Positions 15,979 through 23,300 are shown, numbered from the stretch's first letter. The stretch: 48,108 nt of DNA from an uncultured Methanosarcinales archaeon (GCA_964426715.1 CAYRRQ010000001.1:1-48108), one strand, 5' to 3'. Translations and numbers: made by a program. Notes: generated by a model not told the origin, from the sequence alone.

Positions 15979-18900
15979 TTATTCCTGCTCAGGAGTTCTT
16001 AGAAGGGTCAGGGCAGTCCAAACATCAGTTTCGTCTGAATCAGGATTCTTAATAAAAACATGGTTGTTGTCAAAAACAACTTCATCTCCCTCTAACCCGA
16101 GCACCAGGTGGCTAAGGTCAAGTGATGAAAAACCAGTATAATTAAAGGTAAAAAACTCGGACTTCTGCGCCAGGACCTGATCACAGCTCTCCTCTGACAC
16201 ACCAAACACCCTTTTACGGGTTCCCTGCCTTGCAGCATACACCTTGTTGAACAAACTCAATTTTTGCATATCCTCTTCTAACTGAGAAGGATTAGGGCAG
16301 AGCCACTTGAGCCAGTCAGGAAGCGCATCACAAATCTGTTCTCCCAACCCCAGGCTCAAACTAACCCTTTCATCACTGAAAACAACCATATTATAACCAT
16401 CATCATAATACAATTTAAGAAAATCATTATCCACACACTTCTCAAAATCATCAGTGTCTTCATCACAAGACGAGTCAAAGCTTATTCCAGAGTCAGGATA
16501 AGATAAATAAAAGCTCTGCTCAAGAGCAGTTATAAAATCATTATGGTCCTCATCATACAACGGCTGGTTAAGAGTCGTGCCAATAATCCTCTGGCCATCA
16601 AGGTTTAATACGCAGAAGTTATTGGACTCGCCAATATTCTGCTTGTTAACCAGGACTTCCTCAGCAGGACCGCACATCAAGACAAAATCATCATCACTAC
16701 CTGCTAATGATATCAGTTTCTCAGCCAGCAGCTTAGTCCTAGTAGTCCAGTTTCCGCTAATGCAAACAAAGTCTTCTATGACCTGGCCATCGCCTATGCA
16801 GCGCGGATTGGCTCCAGAACTCACATTATTATTCTGAGAAGCATCACCCGCAATATTATACAAGCACTGCGAATCCTGAGGGCAGGTACCTGCATAGCAA
16901 TTGTCAGGCGTGCGTTTAGCAGTAGCAAACACATTAACCCATTCCCCGTCAGAACACGCATATGCCAGGGTTTCATTAATTTTATAATAATCAGAAGAAG
17001 CACCCACGCACAAACCCTTATTAGGGTCCCAGCACTTATTAGGCTCACAGCAACTAGCATTCCTAGCATTATCAGAAACTGACTCTTCCTCCCTAAGATA
17101 ATCCATTAAGTCAGCAGGCACAACAGAATCATGCGAAAGAAGAGGGCCATAAGAATACGTCCAATTATTATCATAGCTGCAATACCAGAGGTCGCTGGTC
17201 GTATTAATATGCTTGCAATAAGCAACACGCTCAATAAGGGGCTCGCCGGTCTGAGTATCTTCTCCCCCACTACCCGGATTAGGCCAGTCCTCAACACTCA
17301 ACAAGCACTCAAGGGGAAGTACGCCATCCGCATCAGGAACACAAACAGGACTCTCATTAGGGTATTCTCTCTCAAGAGTAACCCCTTCAGCACTGGCAAA
17401 TCCGCAGCCATAAAAAGAACCATTGCTAACCAAGACATCAGAATATTCCACATCATTGTAAAAAAGGAAGTTGCTGTTATCCTGGGGCATACCCTTAAAA
17501 CAAGCCCCGGTCTGACTGCCAGGGTCATTATAAGACTCATTAAATAATGTGCTGGTATCGTCCTGCTCAGCACAGCAATAACTGCCCGTGCCTATAAATC
17601 CAGAATCCGCGCACTCATCTTGCAGAGACTCATTATCAAAATCAGTGCCCCAGCTGCCATTACCAAGACAGTAAAGCCGGCCATTCTCAAGCGCCATGTA
17701 TTCACCAGTATCATACTTTATTCCGCCGGTACCAATCTCTCCAGGGATGTCATCGCAGCCAGCATCGCCACAGCAAACATGAACCCTGGCCTCTACATCC
17801 CCGCCAAAACCGTCATCCGGAGTGTTAAGCGTTGCTGAGCACATATACTCATGGCCTTCAACAGTTCCCATGGGTTCATCACTGCCAGTAAAAACATAAT
17901 TCAAAGCAGTCAATTTCTCAATAGTATTCGAGTCTGAACTATTCACAGGAGGCCTGCAAAGATAAGCCATCCTGTAAGCACTGGAATAACCAAGATTAAA
18001 CAACCAGGTATTCTCATTAGCAACATTATCCAAGGAGACATCATGAGCGCCGAGAGCAATCGAAATTCTTCCTGGACAGGCAACCTCTACCATAGTATTC
18101 CAATAATTACTTCCGCCAGTAGTCCAGTTCCTTATAACTGCAGGGCAGTTCTTATAATTAAAAATCCCTCCGCCATCAGAGCCATGACCAATACTGCCAA
18201 CAGTCCCAATATTACCCGGCGCATCAACTATAGAGACAAAAGCAAAAACATCCCCGCTAGTCATATCTGACTCAAAACCAGTGCAAAGCAAATCTGTACC
18301 CCTCTCATATGCAAGTAAAACCTCCTCTGCATCAACCACGTGGCCGTCGCAGGGATTAGCATGAGGAGTATACCTGGTGCCGCCAACAGCATACTCTCCA
18401 GAACCGCAATAATAGCTTCCCTCACCTCTAAGAAAACCCTCAAAGTCATTACCTGCGTTTTCCTCAGGCAAACACATTTGGGGGTGGCCTGAATAAGCAG
18501 CCAGATACCCCTCCTGGTCGTCATGGTCAACACACCGCACATATTCTCCTTCGAGTTGCACAATAGGATAATTATCCCATTCCTCAGAGCAACTAGGAGC
18601 AATAAACACTTCTCCCTCAGTAGATTCCTCTCCAGTATGCCATTGATGGCCATCACACAAAGCAGTTATATGACAGAGCGAGGACTCTCCCTGCAAACTC
18701 GGTATTCTGCACTTATTATTACCGCAGCAGCCAATACCCTCAATAAAATCTGCACCAGGAGCAGCAGCTTCGCAAACAGCACTATCCTCATCAATCTGAC
18801 CTAAAAGAAACACAGAAGCCGAACCAGAAGAAGAATAACTCACACCATCAGTTGAACTTACCTCATATGGAAAAAAGGTTTCATAAAAACGAGCATCCTC

Positions 18901-19557
18901 ATCGTCAAAATCTGCCTTTGCAACACAGTTTTTATTCTCACAAAAAGGAGTTTGGCCAGAGCAAACCTTCTCAGTTACGCTACTTCCCTCTGTAAACCCG
19001 CAACCGCCACAGTTCAAAGGGTCAAAAGTAGTGTTAACACAGGCATGATTGTTTTTTATTTCTATTCCATCAGGATAAATATCATTGAAATCATAAGGAT
19101 AATCATCAAAATCCTGAGGTACAGGGCACCAAGCGCAGTCAGACACACCATTACAAGTATCTTTATCAGTTATGTCTTCGCAGATAGCCGTCTGACCTGG
19201 CGGACTAATAGGATTCTCACAATAAGTACTTGCATCAGCCCCCTCAGGAATGCAGTAATGAATTGTTGGATTTGAAGGATGCGGAGAAGAATACTCAGAT
19301 TCCACATCACAAGTAATGCATTTCATCCCCTCGCCACAAGTATATGTATTAAGTATGTCACAATAATAAATCTCCTCATATCCACAGCCCTCATAAGATT
19401 GATAATGTGTGTTATTAACACACCACGAAGGACAATCCCCTTTTGTATTTCCCAAGCACCAGGTACCAAGAGCAAAAACAGATATGCCTAATGAAGAGAA
19501 AAAAATCAGGATTATCATACCAACTAACATCCTTTTTTTATTTAACAGCCCACCCAT
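15979..19557 (-). CDS. Giant secreted cysteine-rich protein (1192 aa), no domain recognised
   Basis: N-terminal signal or anchor MGGLLNKKRMLVGMIILIFFSSLGISVFALG. Cys-rich throughout, with many N-x-S/T sequons. First gene of the co-oriented cluster, with a TATA at 19588-19599 upstream. Confidence 0.8.
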   Translation of the reverse strand: MGGLLNKKRMLVGMIILIFFSSLGISVFALGTWCLGNTKGDCPSWCVNNTHYQSYEGCGYEEIYYCDILNTYTCGEGMKCITCDVESEYSSPHPSNPTIHYCIPEGADASTYCENPISPPGQTAICEDITDKDTCNGVSDCAWCPVPQDFDDYPYDFNDIYPDGIEIKNNHACVNTTFDPLNCGGCGFTEGSSVTEKVCSGQTPFCENKNCVAKADFDDEDARFYETFFPYEVSSTDGVSYSSSGSASVFLLGQIDEDSAVCEAAAPGADFIEGIGCCGNNKCRIPSLQGESSLCHITALCDGHQWHTGEESTEGEVFIAPSCSEEWDNYPIVQLEGEYVRCVDHDDQEGYLAAYSGHPQMCLPEENAGNDFEGFLRGEGSYYCGSGEYAVGGTRYTPHANPCDGHVVDAEEVLLAYERGTDLLCTGFESDMTSGDVFAFVSIVDAPGNIGTVGSIGHGSDGGGIFNYKNCPAVIRNWTTGGSNYWNTMVEVACPGRISIALGAHDVSLDNVANENTWLFNLGYSSAYRMAYLCRPPVNSSDSNTIEKLTALNYVFTGSDEPMGTVEGHEYMCSATLNTPDDGFGGDVEARVHVCCGDAGCDDIPGEIGTGGIKYDTGEYMALENGRLYCLGNGSWGTDFDNESLQDECADSGFIGTGSYCCAEQDDTSTLFNESYNDPGSQTGACFKGMPQDNSNFLFYNDVEYSDVLVSNGSFYGCGFASAEGVTLEREYPNESPVCVPDADGVLPLECLLSVEDWPNPGSGGEDTQTGEPLIERVAYCKHINTTSDLWYCSYDNNWTYSYGPLLSHDSVVPADLMDYLREEESVSDNARNASCCEPNKCWDPNKGLCVGASSDYYKINETLAYACSDGEWVNVFATAKRTPDNCYAGTCPQDSQCLYNIAGDASQNNNVSSGANPRCIGDGQVIEDFVCISGNWTTRTKLLAEKLISLAGSDDDFVLMCGPAEEVLVNKQNIGESNNFCVLNLDGQRIIGTTLNQPLYDEDHNDFITALEQSFYLSYPDSGISFDSSCDEDTDDFEKCVDNDFLKLYYDDGYNMVVFSDERVSLSLGLGEQICDALPDWLKWLCPNPSQLEEDMQKLSLFNKVYAARQGTRKRVFGVSEESCDQVLAQKSEFFTFNYTGFSSLDLSHLVLGLEGDEVVFDNNHVFIKNPDSDETDVWTALTLLRTPEQE

Positions 19558-19618
19558 TTTTCTAATCAGAGAAATAATAAGAAGAGTATTTAAATTTAAC
19601 GATAATCATACGTCATTA

Positions 19619-19639
19619 TTGAAAATGTCTCTGTCTGTG
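19619..19639 (-). promoter_or_regulatory. 21-nt promoter-upstream box (minus-strand sense CACAGACAGAGACATTTTCAA), copy A
   Basis: Identical 21-mer at 22193-22213. It lies about 20-25 nt upstream of the TATA (19588-19599) of the 1192-aa surface-protein gene. Confidence 0.5.
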
Positions 19640-19898
19640 TCACTTTTTTGCTCATTCGCTTTGCTCACTTAAAAAATTGAATAAAAGCACGTCAGCACAA
19701 CATAAAGCTAAAACCCCAATTGGGTTGTACATAGTTCAGAGGATTGAACAAAGTGAACATCCTCCTTAACTTTTTTTGCTCCGCTCAAAAATCCCCGCTT
19801 TTTGGCGCAACAAAAAATTTGTTTCGCTTGAAAGTTTTGTTAAACCTTTGGTGGAGAAGGATATTTTCAACGAAACCAATAATCAAACTCGTAGAAAT

Positions 19899-20432
19899 TC
19901 ACAATAGCTTAATCATCCTTGCGTACCCATCCAGGTCCTTGGGCGCCCTCATCTCCAGGGGATGCGATGCAAGGCTTGCTGTGATTGTTTTTACTCTGTG
20001 CTTTCTGCAAAGCCGTGCATCCTGCATAATTCTTCCAAGGCTCTTGGCATCCAGTTTGTTTACTGGGAAGATTATGGTCTTGCCTTTTTCTTTTGCAAGC
20101 CGGCACATCACATAATCCAGGTCTGAGCGGCGCTGATGCATTGATTCCCTTTTACTATCATCTACCTGGTTTAGTAAGTAGTTTGTTTGGCTGTTTTCAA
20201 AAAAGTTTCTTTGCACAGGCCCTATTATCCTGTCAAATCCTTTCTTATACTTATTTATGCTACTTATGCCCTCAACATAGCAGGCGGTTTGAACAGTTAT
20301 GCTTGTCTTCTCAGGAATCCTTGGTTTTTGTGCATGGGTGTATAACAGGATGACTTGTTTAAAGCCTATTTTTTCTGCCTGCTCAAGAAGCTGCTCCTCA
20401 TTATCCCTGGGCAACAATATGTCTGTTCTCAT
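19899..20432 (-). CDS. RNase P protein component 3 (Rpp30/Rnp3)-like
   Basis: 177 aa. The C-terminal half, ..LDYVMCRLAKEKGKTIIFPVNKL..RKHRVKTITASLASHPLEMRAPKDLDGYARMIKL, matches the Rpp30 pattern (..SSgA.s..elR.P.dl..l...lG). The N-terminal part is short for the family. Confidence 0.55.
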   Translation of the reverse strand: MRTDILLPRDNEEQLLEQAEKIGFKQVILLYTHAQKPRIPEKTSITVQTACYVEGISSINKYKKGFDRIIGPVQRNFFENSQTNYLLNQVDDSKRESMHQRRSDLDYVMCRLAKEKGKTIIFPVNKLDAKSLGRIMQDARLCRKHRVKTITASLASHPLEMRAPKDLDGYARMIKLL

Positions 20433-20438
20433 ACAATA

Positions 20439-21317
20439 TTAGAACGAGGCGCTTCTTTTATACTTTTCTAATTCTCTGCCTATCTGCTTGTCAGTAAGCG
20501 CTATTAAGGGGCGCAAAACCCTGGCGCCTACTCCAACAGGATAATCCTGAATTTCGTCGAGCGTGTCTGGAACAACAAGGGCTTTTGCCTGTGCTTGTTC
20601 AAGAACCTTGTTCAGCTCATTTTTGTTTAGGTCACTTAAATTTTTTAGCTCATATGTTTTTATGCCCGCAGGATGATATGATTGCAGCAAAGCAAGATAT
20701 TTTTTCTGAGCCAAAGCATCAGTAATTGCAATGTCCAGGGAGCAGCCTCTTTTCATGACAAGGAGCCCGGCGAGCACAGCCGCCTCGCTGTTGAGCAGGA
20801 GCAGAGCTTTTCCCTGAGTTCCAACAGGCAGCCCTCCAGGCCCCTGTGTTTTAGATGTAAAGAACCATGCTTTGCCACCCAGGATTTCTATACATATGTC
20901 AAGGTCTGGTTCTTCCAAATCAACACTCATGCCGGTTTTGTCGACGAGGTGCTGGCCTACCTGGTTGTTAATCTCAGGCGAGGCAAGCGGGTAGTCTTTG
21001 TTTATCCTTTGAGTGCTTATTCTGAATGTCGTGGTTTTCTTGCTTTGCCCTGCTATTTTCAGGGCTTTTTGCTTGAGTTCTGAAAGCAGAGCGCCGGTTT
21101 CTTCAGCCTGGCTGTACGAACTAATGCCAAACACAGTTCTCAGACTGGCTTTTTTTTGTACATTCAAGAGTATTCTGCCTCTTAAAGCCTTTGTCTCAGC
21201 ATCCAGACCTTTGTTTTTTAGGCTGATTCTGATATTGCTGGCCAGTTTCCTTTCAAAACCCGGTCTGTTCTTTCCTTTTAAGCCGATTTCCGAGTATCTC
21301 ACGACGTAAAAAACCAT
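20439..21317 (-). CDS. ThiI-like THUMP-domain protein with a degenerate PP-loop
   Basis: The N-terminus VVRYSEIGLKGKNRPGFERKLASNI is ThiI-typical. The THUMP region follows. At the PP-loop position the sequence reads KALLLLNSEAAVLAGLLVMKRG instead of ..LlSGGiDSpVA..mmkRG. The C-terminal ..ALVVPDTLDE..VLRPLIALTDKQI aligns with ThiI ..alvTGEsLGQ..viRPLi..dK.eI. Confidence 0.65.
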   Translation of the reverse strand: MVFYVVRYSEIGLKGKNRPGFERKLASNIRISLKNKGLDAETKALRGRILLNVQKKASLRTVFGISSYSQAEETGALLSELKQKALKIAGQSKKTTTFRISTQRINKDYPLASPEINNQVGQHLVDKTGMSVDLEEPDLDICIEILGGKAWFFTSKTQGPGGLPVGTQGKALLLLNSEAAVLAGLLVMKRGCSLDIAITDALAQKKYLALLQSYHPAGIKTYELKNLSDLNKNELNKVLEQAQAKALVVPDTLDEIQDYPVGVGARVLRPLIALTDKQIGRELEKYKRSASF

Positions 21318-21378
21318 TTTTCTAGACCAAGAACTTCCTTGGCGTTTATAAATCTTTAAGAATTTTTAAGAAACCCAG

Positions 21379-21431
21379 GCATTAGTAATGCATTATAATG
21401 CATTATAATGCGCATTATAATGCATTATTTT
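21379..21431. promoter_or_regulatory. Array of five ~10-11-nt phased GCATTATAAT units forming overlapping palindromes ATAATGC(GC)ATTAT
   Basis: GCATTAGTAAT GCATTATAAT GCATTATAAT GC GCATTATAAT GCATTATTTT. It lies between the stop of the wHTH gene (21444) and the TATA (about 21343-21352) of the thiI-like gene. Confidence 0.6.
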
Positions 21432-21443
21432 GTTTTATTTATT

Positions 21444-22139
21444 TTACAGATTGTATAATTTTTTTACTTTGGCCTTGTGCTTGAGGCTGAACAGTTTAGA
21501 ACCATTAGGAAGACTGCTTTCATCAACCCAGCCCTTGGGCTTAAGCTGGTTCATATAGACGCGAACAGTGTTTATGCTCTTGCCTGTCTTGTCTGCTATC
21601 TGGGAGTATGAAAGCGGGCTCTCTGTGTTGAACAAAACTCTTACAAGCCATTGCTCAGGCATGCTTAAATCCTCAAATCCAAGGGTTGGCATTACATTAT
21701 TAACATTATCCTCATTACCCTCATTACCCTCATTATAACGGGCTTTTCCTTGTTTTTCACTAAGAAAAACCTCGACTTCCCTGATTATCTCGTCCTTAAC
21801 CTGCTTAACATCCTTTATGTTCCTTGCATATGCTTCTTGAAACAGCTTCAGAGATGTAGCGGTCAGATTATCAAACCTGTTCTCAAGATTCTCTTCAAGG
21901 CAATCAAGGTCTTTTTCAAGGCGGTTCACACTCTTGTTAAAATGTTTTATCCAGTCTGCTATTCTCTGATGATTAATAGTGGTTGACTGGCTCAAACCAG
22001 CGTGTTTCTCATGGAGCTCTTCCAATGCCTTTTTTTGAGAATAAAGGTCCTGCTTTATGCAACTAAAAGCAGAGGCTATGCCTGTGTTTATCTGCTTAAG
22101 CCTGTTCTTGTTCTTTAACCACCTAAACATCTTCCTCAA
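21444..22139 (-). CDS. Coiled-coil plus C-terminal winged-helix DNA-binding protein (putative transcription regulator)
   Basis: 231 aa. The N-terminal ~140 aa look like heptad-rich helices. The C-terminus, ..SPLSYSQIADKTGKSINTVRVYMNQLKPKGWVD.., resembles a MarR/ArsR-type wHTH. Confidence 0.55.
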   Translation of the reverse strand: MRKMFRWLKNKNRLKQINTGIASAFSCIKQDLYSQKKALEELHEKHAGLSQSTTINHQRIADWIKHFNKSVNRLEKDLDCLEENLENRFDNLTATSLKLFQEAYARNIKDVKQVKDEIIREVEVFLSEKQGKARYNEGNEGNEDNVNNVMPTLGFEDLSMPEQWLVRVLFNTESPLSYSQIADKTGKSINTVRVYMNQLKPKGWVDESSLPNGSKLFSLKHKAKVKKLYNL

Positions 22140-22192
22140 TAGTATTCTTCTTCAAACAGGTATATAAATGTTTTTAATGTTATGCGGCACCG

Positions 22193-22213
22193 TTGAAAAT
22201 GTCTCTGTCTGTG
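22193..22213 (-). promoter_or_regulatory. 21-nt promoter-upstream box (CACAGACAGAGACATTTTCAA), copy B
   Basis: Identical to 19619-19639. It lies about 20-25 nt upstream of the TATA (22161-22170) of the wHTH regulator gene. Confidence 0.5.
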
Positions 22214-22397
22214 CCTTCATTGCCTGAATGTAATGAGGGCAGGCCAGGCGAAACAAACCAAGTTCCTATGATTTATTTTTATAATTATAGGGTTTGGGTT
22301 TGATGAGTAGGAGATTTTCAACGCAGCCTAATGTTATGCTTCCAAGGCTTAAAAATCCAGTTTTGACGATGGAAAACCCTTGAAAACACAAAATAAG

Positions 22398-22420
22398 GTT
22401 CCAGTGGAAATAAGGGGGTG
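22398..22420 (+). promoter_or_regulatory. Canonical ORB-like box GTTCCAGTGGAAATAAGGGGGTG
   Basis: Dyad core TTCCAGTGGAA followed by a G-string. It is bracketed by the 8-bp inverted repeat ACACAAAA (22386-22393) / TTTTGTGT (22421-22428). Confidence 0.55.
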
Positions 22421-22482
22421 TTTTGTGTATACTGAAATGCTAATCCTTGTTTTTTAACAGGAATTAAAGGCGGAAAACCCGG

Positions 22483-22506
22483 TCTCCATAGGAAATCAAG
22501 GGGGTC
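22483..22506 (+). promoter_or_regulatory. Degenerate ORB-like box TCTCCATAGGAAATCAAGGGGGTC
   Basis: Same orientation as the 22398 box and 85 nt from it. Shares TCCA..GGAAAT.AAGGGGGT. Confidence 0.4.
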
Positions 22507-22555
22507 TATGTTTTTTGAAATGAGGTTTGACAAATCCATTTCAGAGTATAAAAGC

Positions 22556-22600
22556 ATTTATAAATAGAACCTGTTTTCCGCTTTATAAATGCTTTATAAA
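22556..22600 (+). promoter_or_regulatory. Three consecutive TATA-like boxes upstream of tbp
   Basis: CATTTATAAATAG (22555-22567), CTTTATAAAT (22581-22590) and CTTTATAAA (22592-22600). The ATG is at 22629. Confidence 0.5.
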
Positions 22601-22628
22601 GCTCTCGAACAAGGGAGAGGTGTATCAA

Positions 22629-23300
22629 ATGGCTAAAAAGAAAAAAAAGACTTCGACAAGAAAGTCTTCAAGAAGAAAGGTCTCGGCAAAAAAGGCCTCC
22701 TCAAGGAAAAAGAGTAAGACGATTCAAAAAAAGAAGAAAATCATTCCTAAGAAATCAGCTGCGAAGCCCAGGGACATAAAAGTAGTGAACATTGTTGTTT
22801 CTACCAGTCTGGAGCATGATATTCCTCTGGAGAAAATGGCTGCTACTCTGAGCAACACAGAATATAATCCTGAGCAATTCCCAGGACTAGTGATAAGGAT
22901 AAAAGAGCCTAAGACCTCAGCTCTTATTTTCAGTTCTGGCAAGGTGGTATGCACGGGCGCCAGAAGCATGGAGAAAGTGCATGAGAGCATTACCAAGATT
23001 ATTGCAAGCCTGAAAAAAATAAATGTAAACATTACTATAAAGCCTAAAATCAATATTCAGAACATTGTAGCCAGCGGCAACATAGGCATGGACCTTAATC
23101 TTAACACCCTTGCCATGAAGCTGGACAACACAGAGTACGAGCCTGAGCAATTCCCAGGACTGGTCTACAAGCTCATGGAGGCAAAAGCCACTTTCCTCTT
23201 ATTTAGCAATGGCAAGGTGGTATGCACAGGCACAAAATCAGAAGAAGAAGTGCACACCGCCCTAGACAAGCTGGTGGAAACCCTAGCACAAGTCAAGTAA
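22629..23300 (+). CDS. tbp: TATA-box binding protein with a ~50-aa Lys-rich N-terminal extension
   Basis: Two TBP repeats are present: ..NIVVSTSL..TEYNPEQFPGLVIRIKEPKTSALIFSSGKVVCTG and ..NIVASGNI..TEYEPEQFPGLVYKLMEAKATFLLFSNGKVVCTG. I place the start at ATG 22629, which has SD GGGAGAGGTG just upstream and TATA boxes at 22556-22600. The track start at 22527 lies upstream of the promoter. Confidence 0.93.
   Translation: MAKKKKKTSTRKSSRRKVSAKKASSRKKSKTIQKKKKIIPKKSAAKPRDIKVVNIVVSTSLEHDIPLEKMAATLSNTEYNPEQFPGLVIRIKEPKTSALIFSSGKVVCTGARSMEKVHESITKIIASLKKINVNITIKPKINIQNIVASGNIGMDLNLNTLAMKLDNTEYEPEQFPGLVYKLMEAKATFLLFSNGKVVCTGTKSEEEVHTALDKLVETLAQVK

Noticed and set aside
19640-19860. RNase P RNA next to the Rpp30-like gene, suggested by the terminal stem plus a GAAAGT motif at about 19826-19835
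   Set aside because: I could not find convincing CR-I/CR-V (P4) pairing or other universal RNase P RNA elements by eye. A covariance-model scan is needed, so I did not call it.
19744-20115. Plus-strand 123-aa ORF spanning the intergenic region and the 3' end of the Rpp30-like gene
   Set aside because: It overlaps the Rpp30-like CDS in antisense and starts in a repeat-bearing intergenic region. It has no coding features.
22318-22557. Minus-strand 79-aa ORF in the HTH-TBP intergenic region
   Set aside because: It has no RBS or promoter context and an odd composition. It overlaps the ORB-like boxes and inverted repeats, so it is more likely non-coding.
22527-22628. The long N-terminal extension of TBP from the track start at 22527
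   Set aside because: This stretch contains the three TATA boxes and the Shine-Dalgarno sequence. Its translation (MTNPFQSIKAFINRTCFPLYKCFIKLSNKGEVYQ) is not TBP-like. The ATG at 22629 is the better start.
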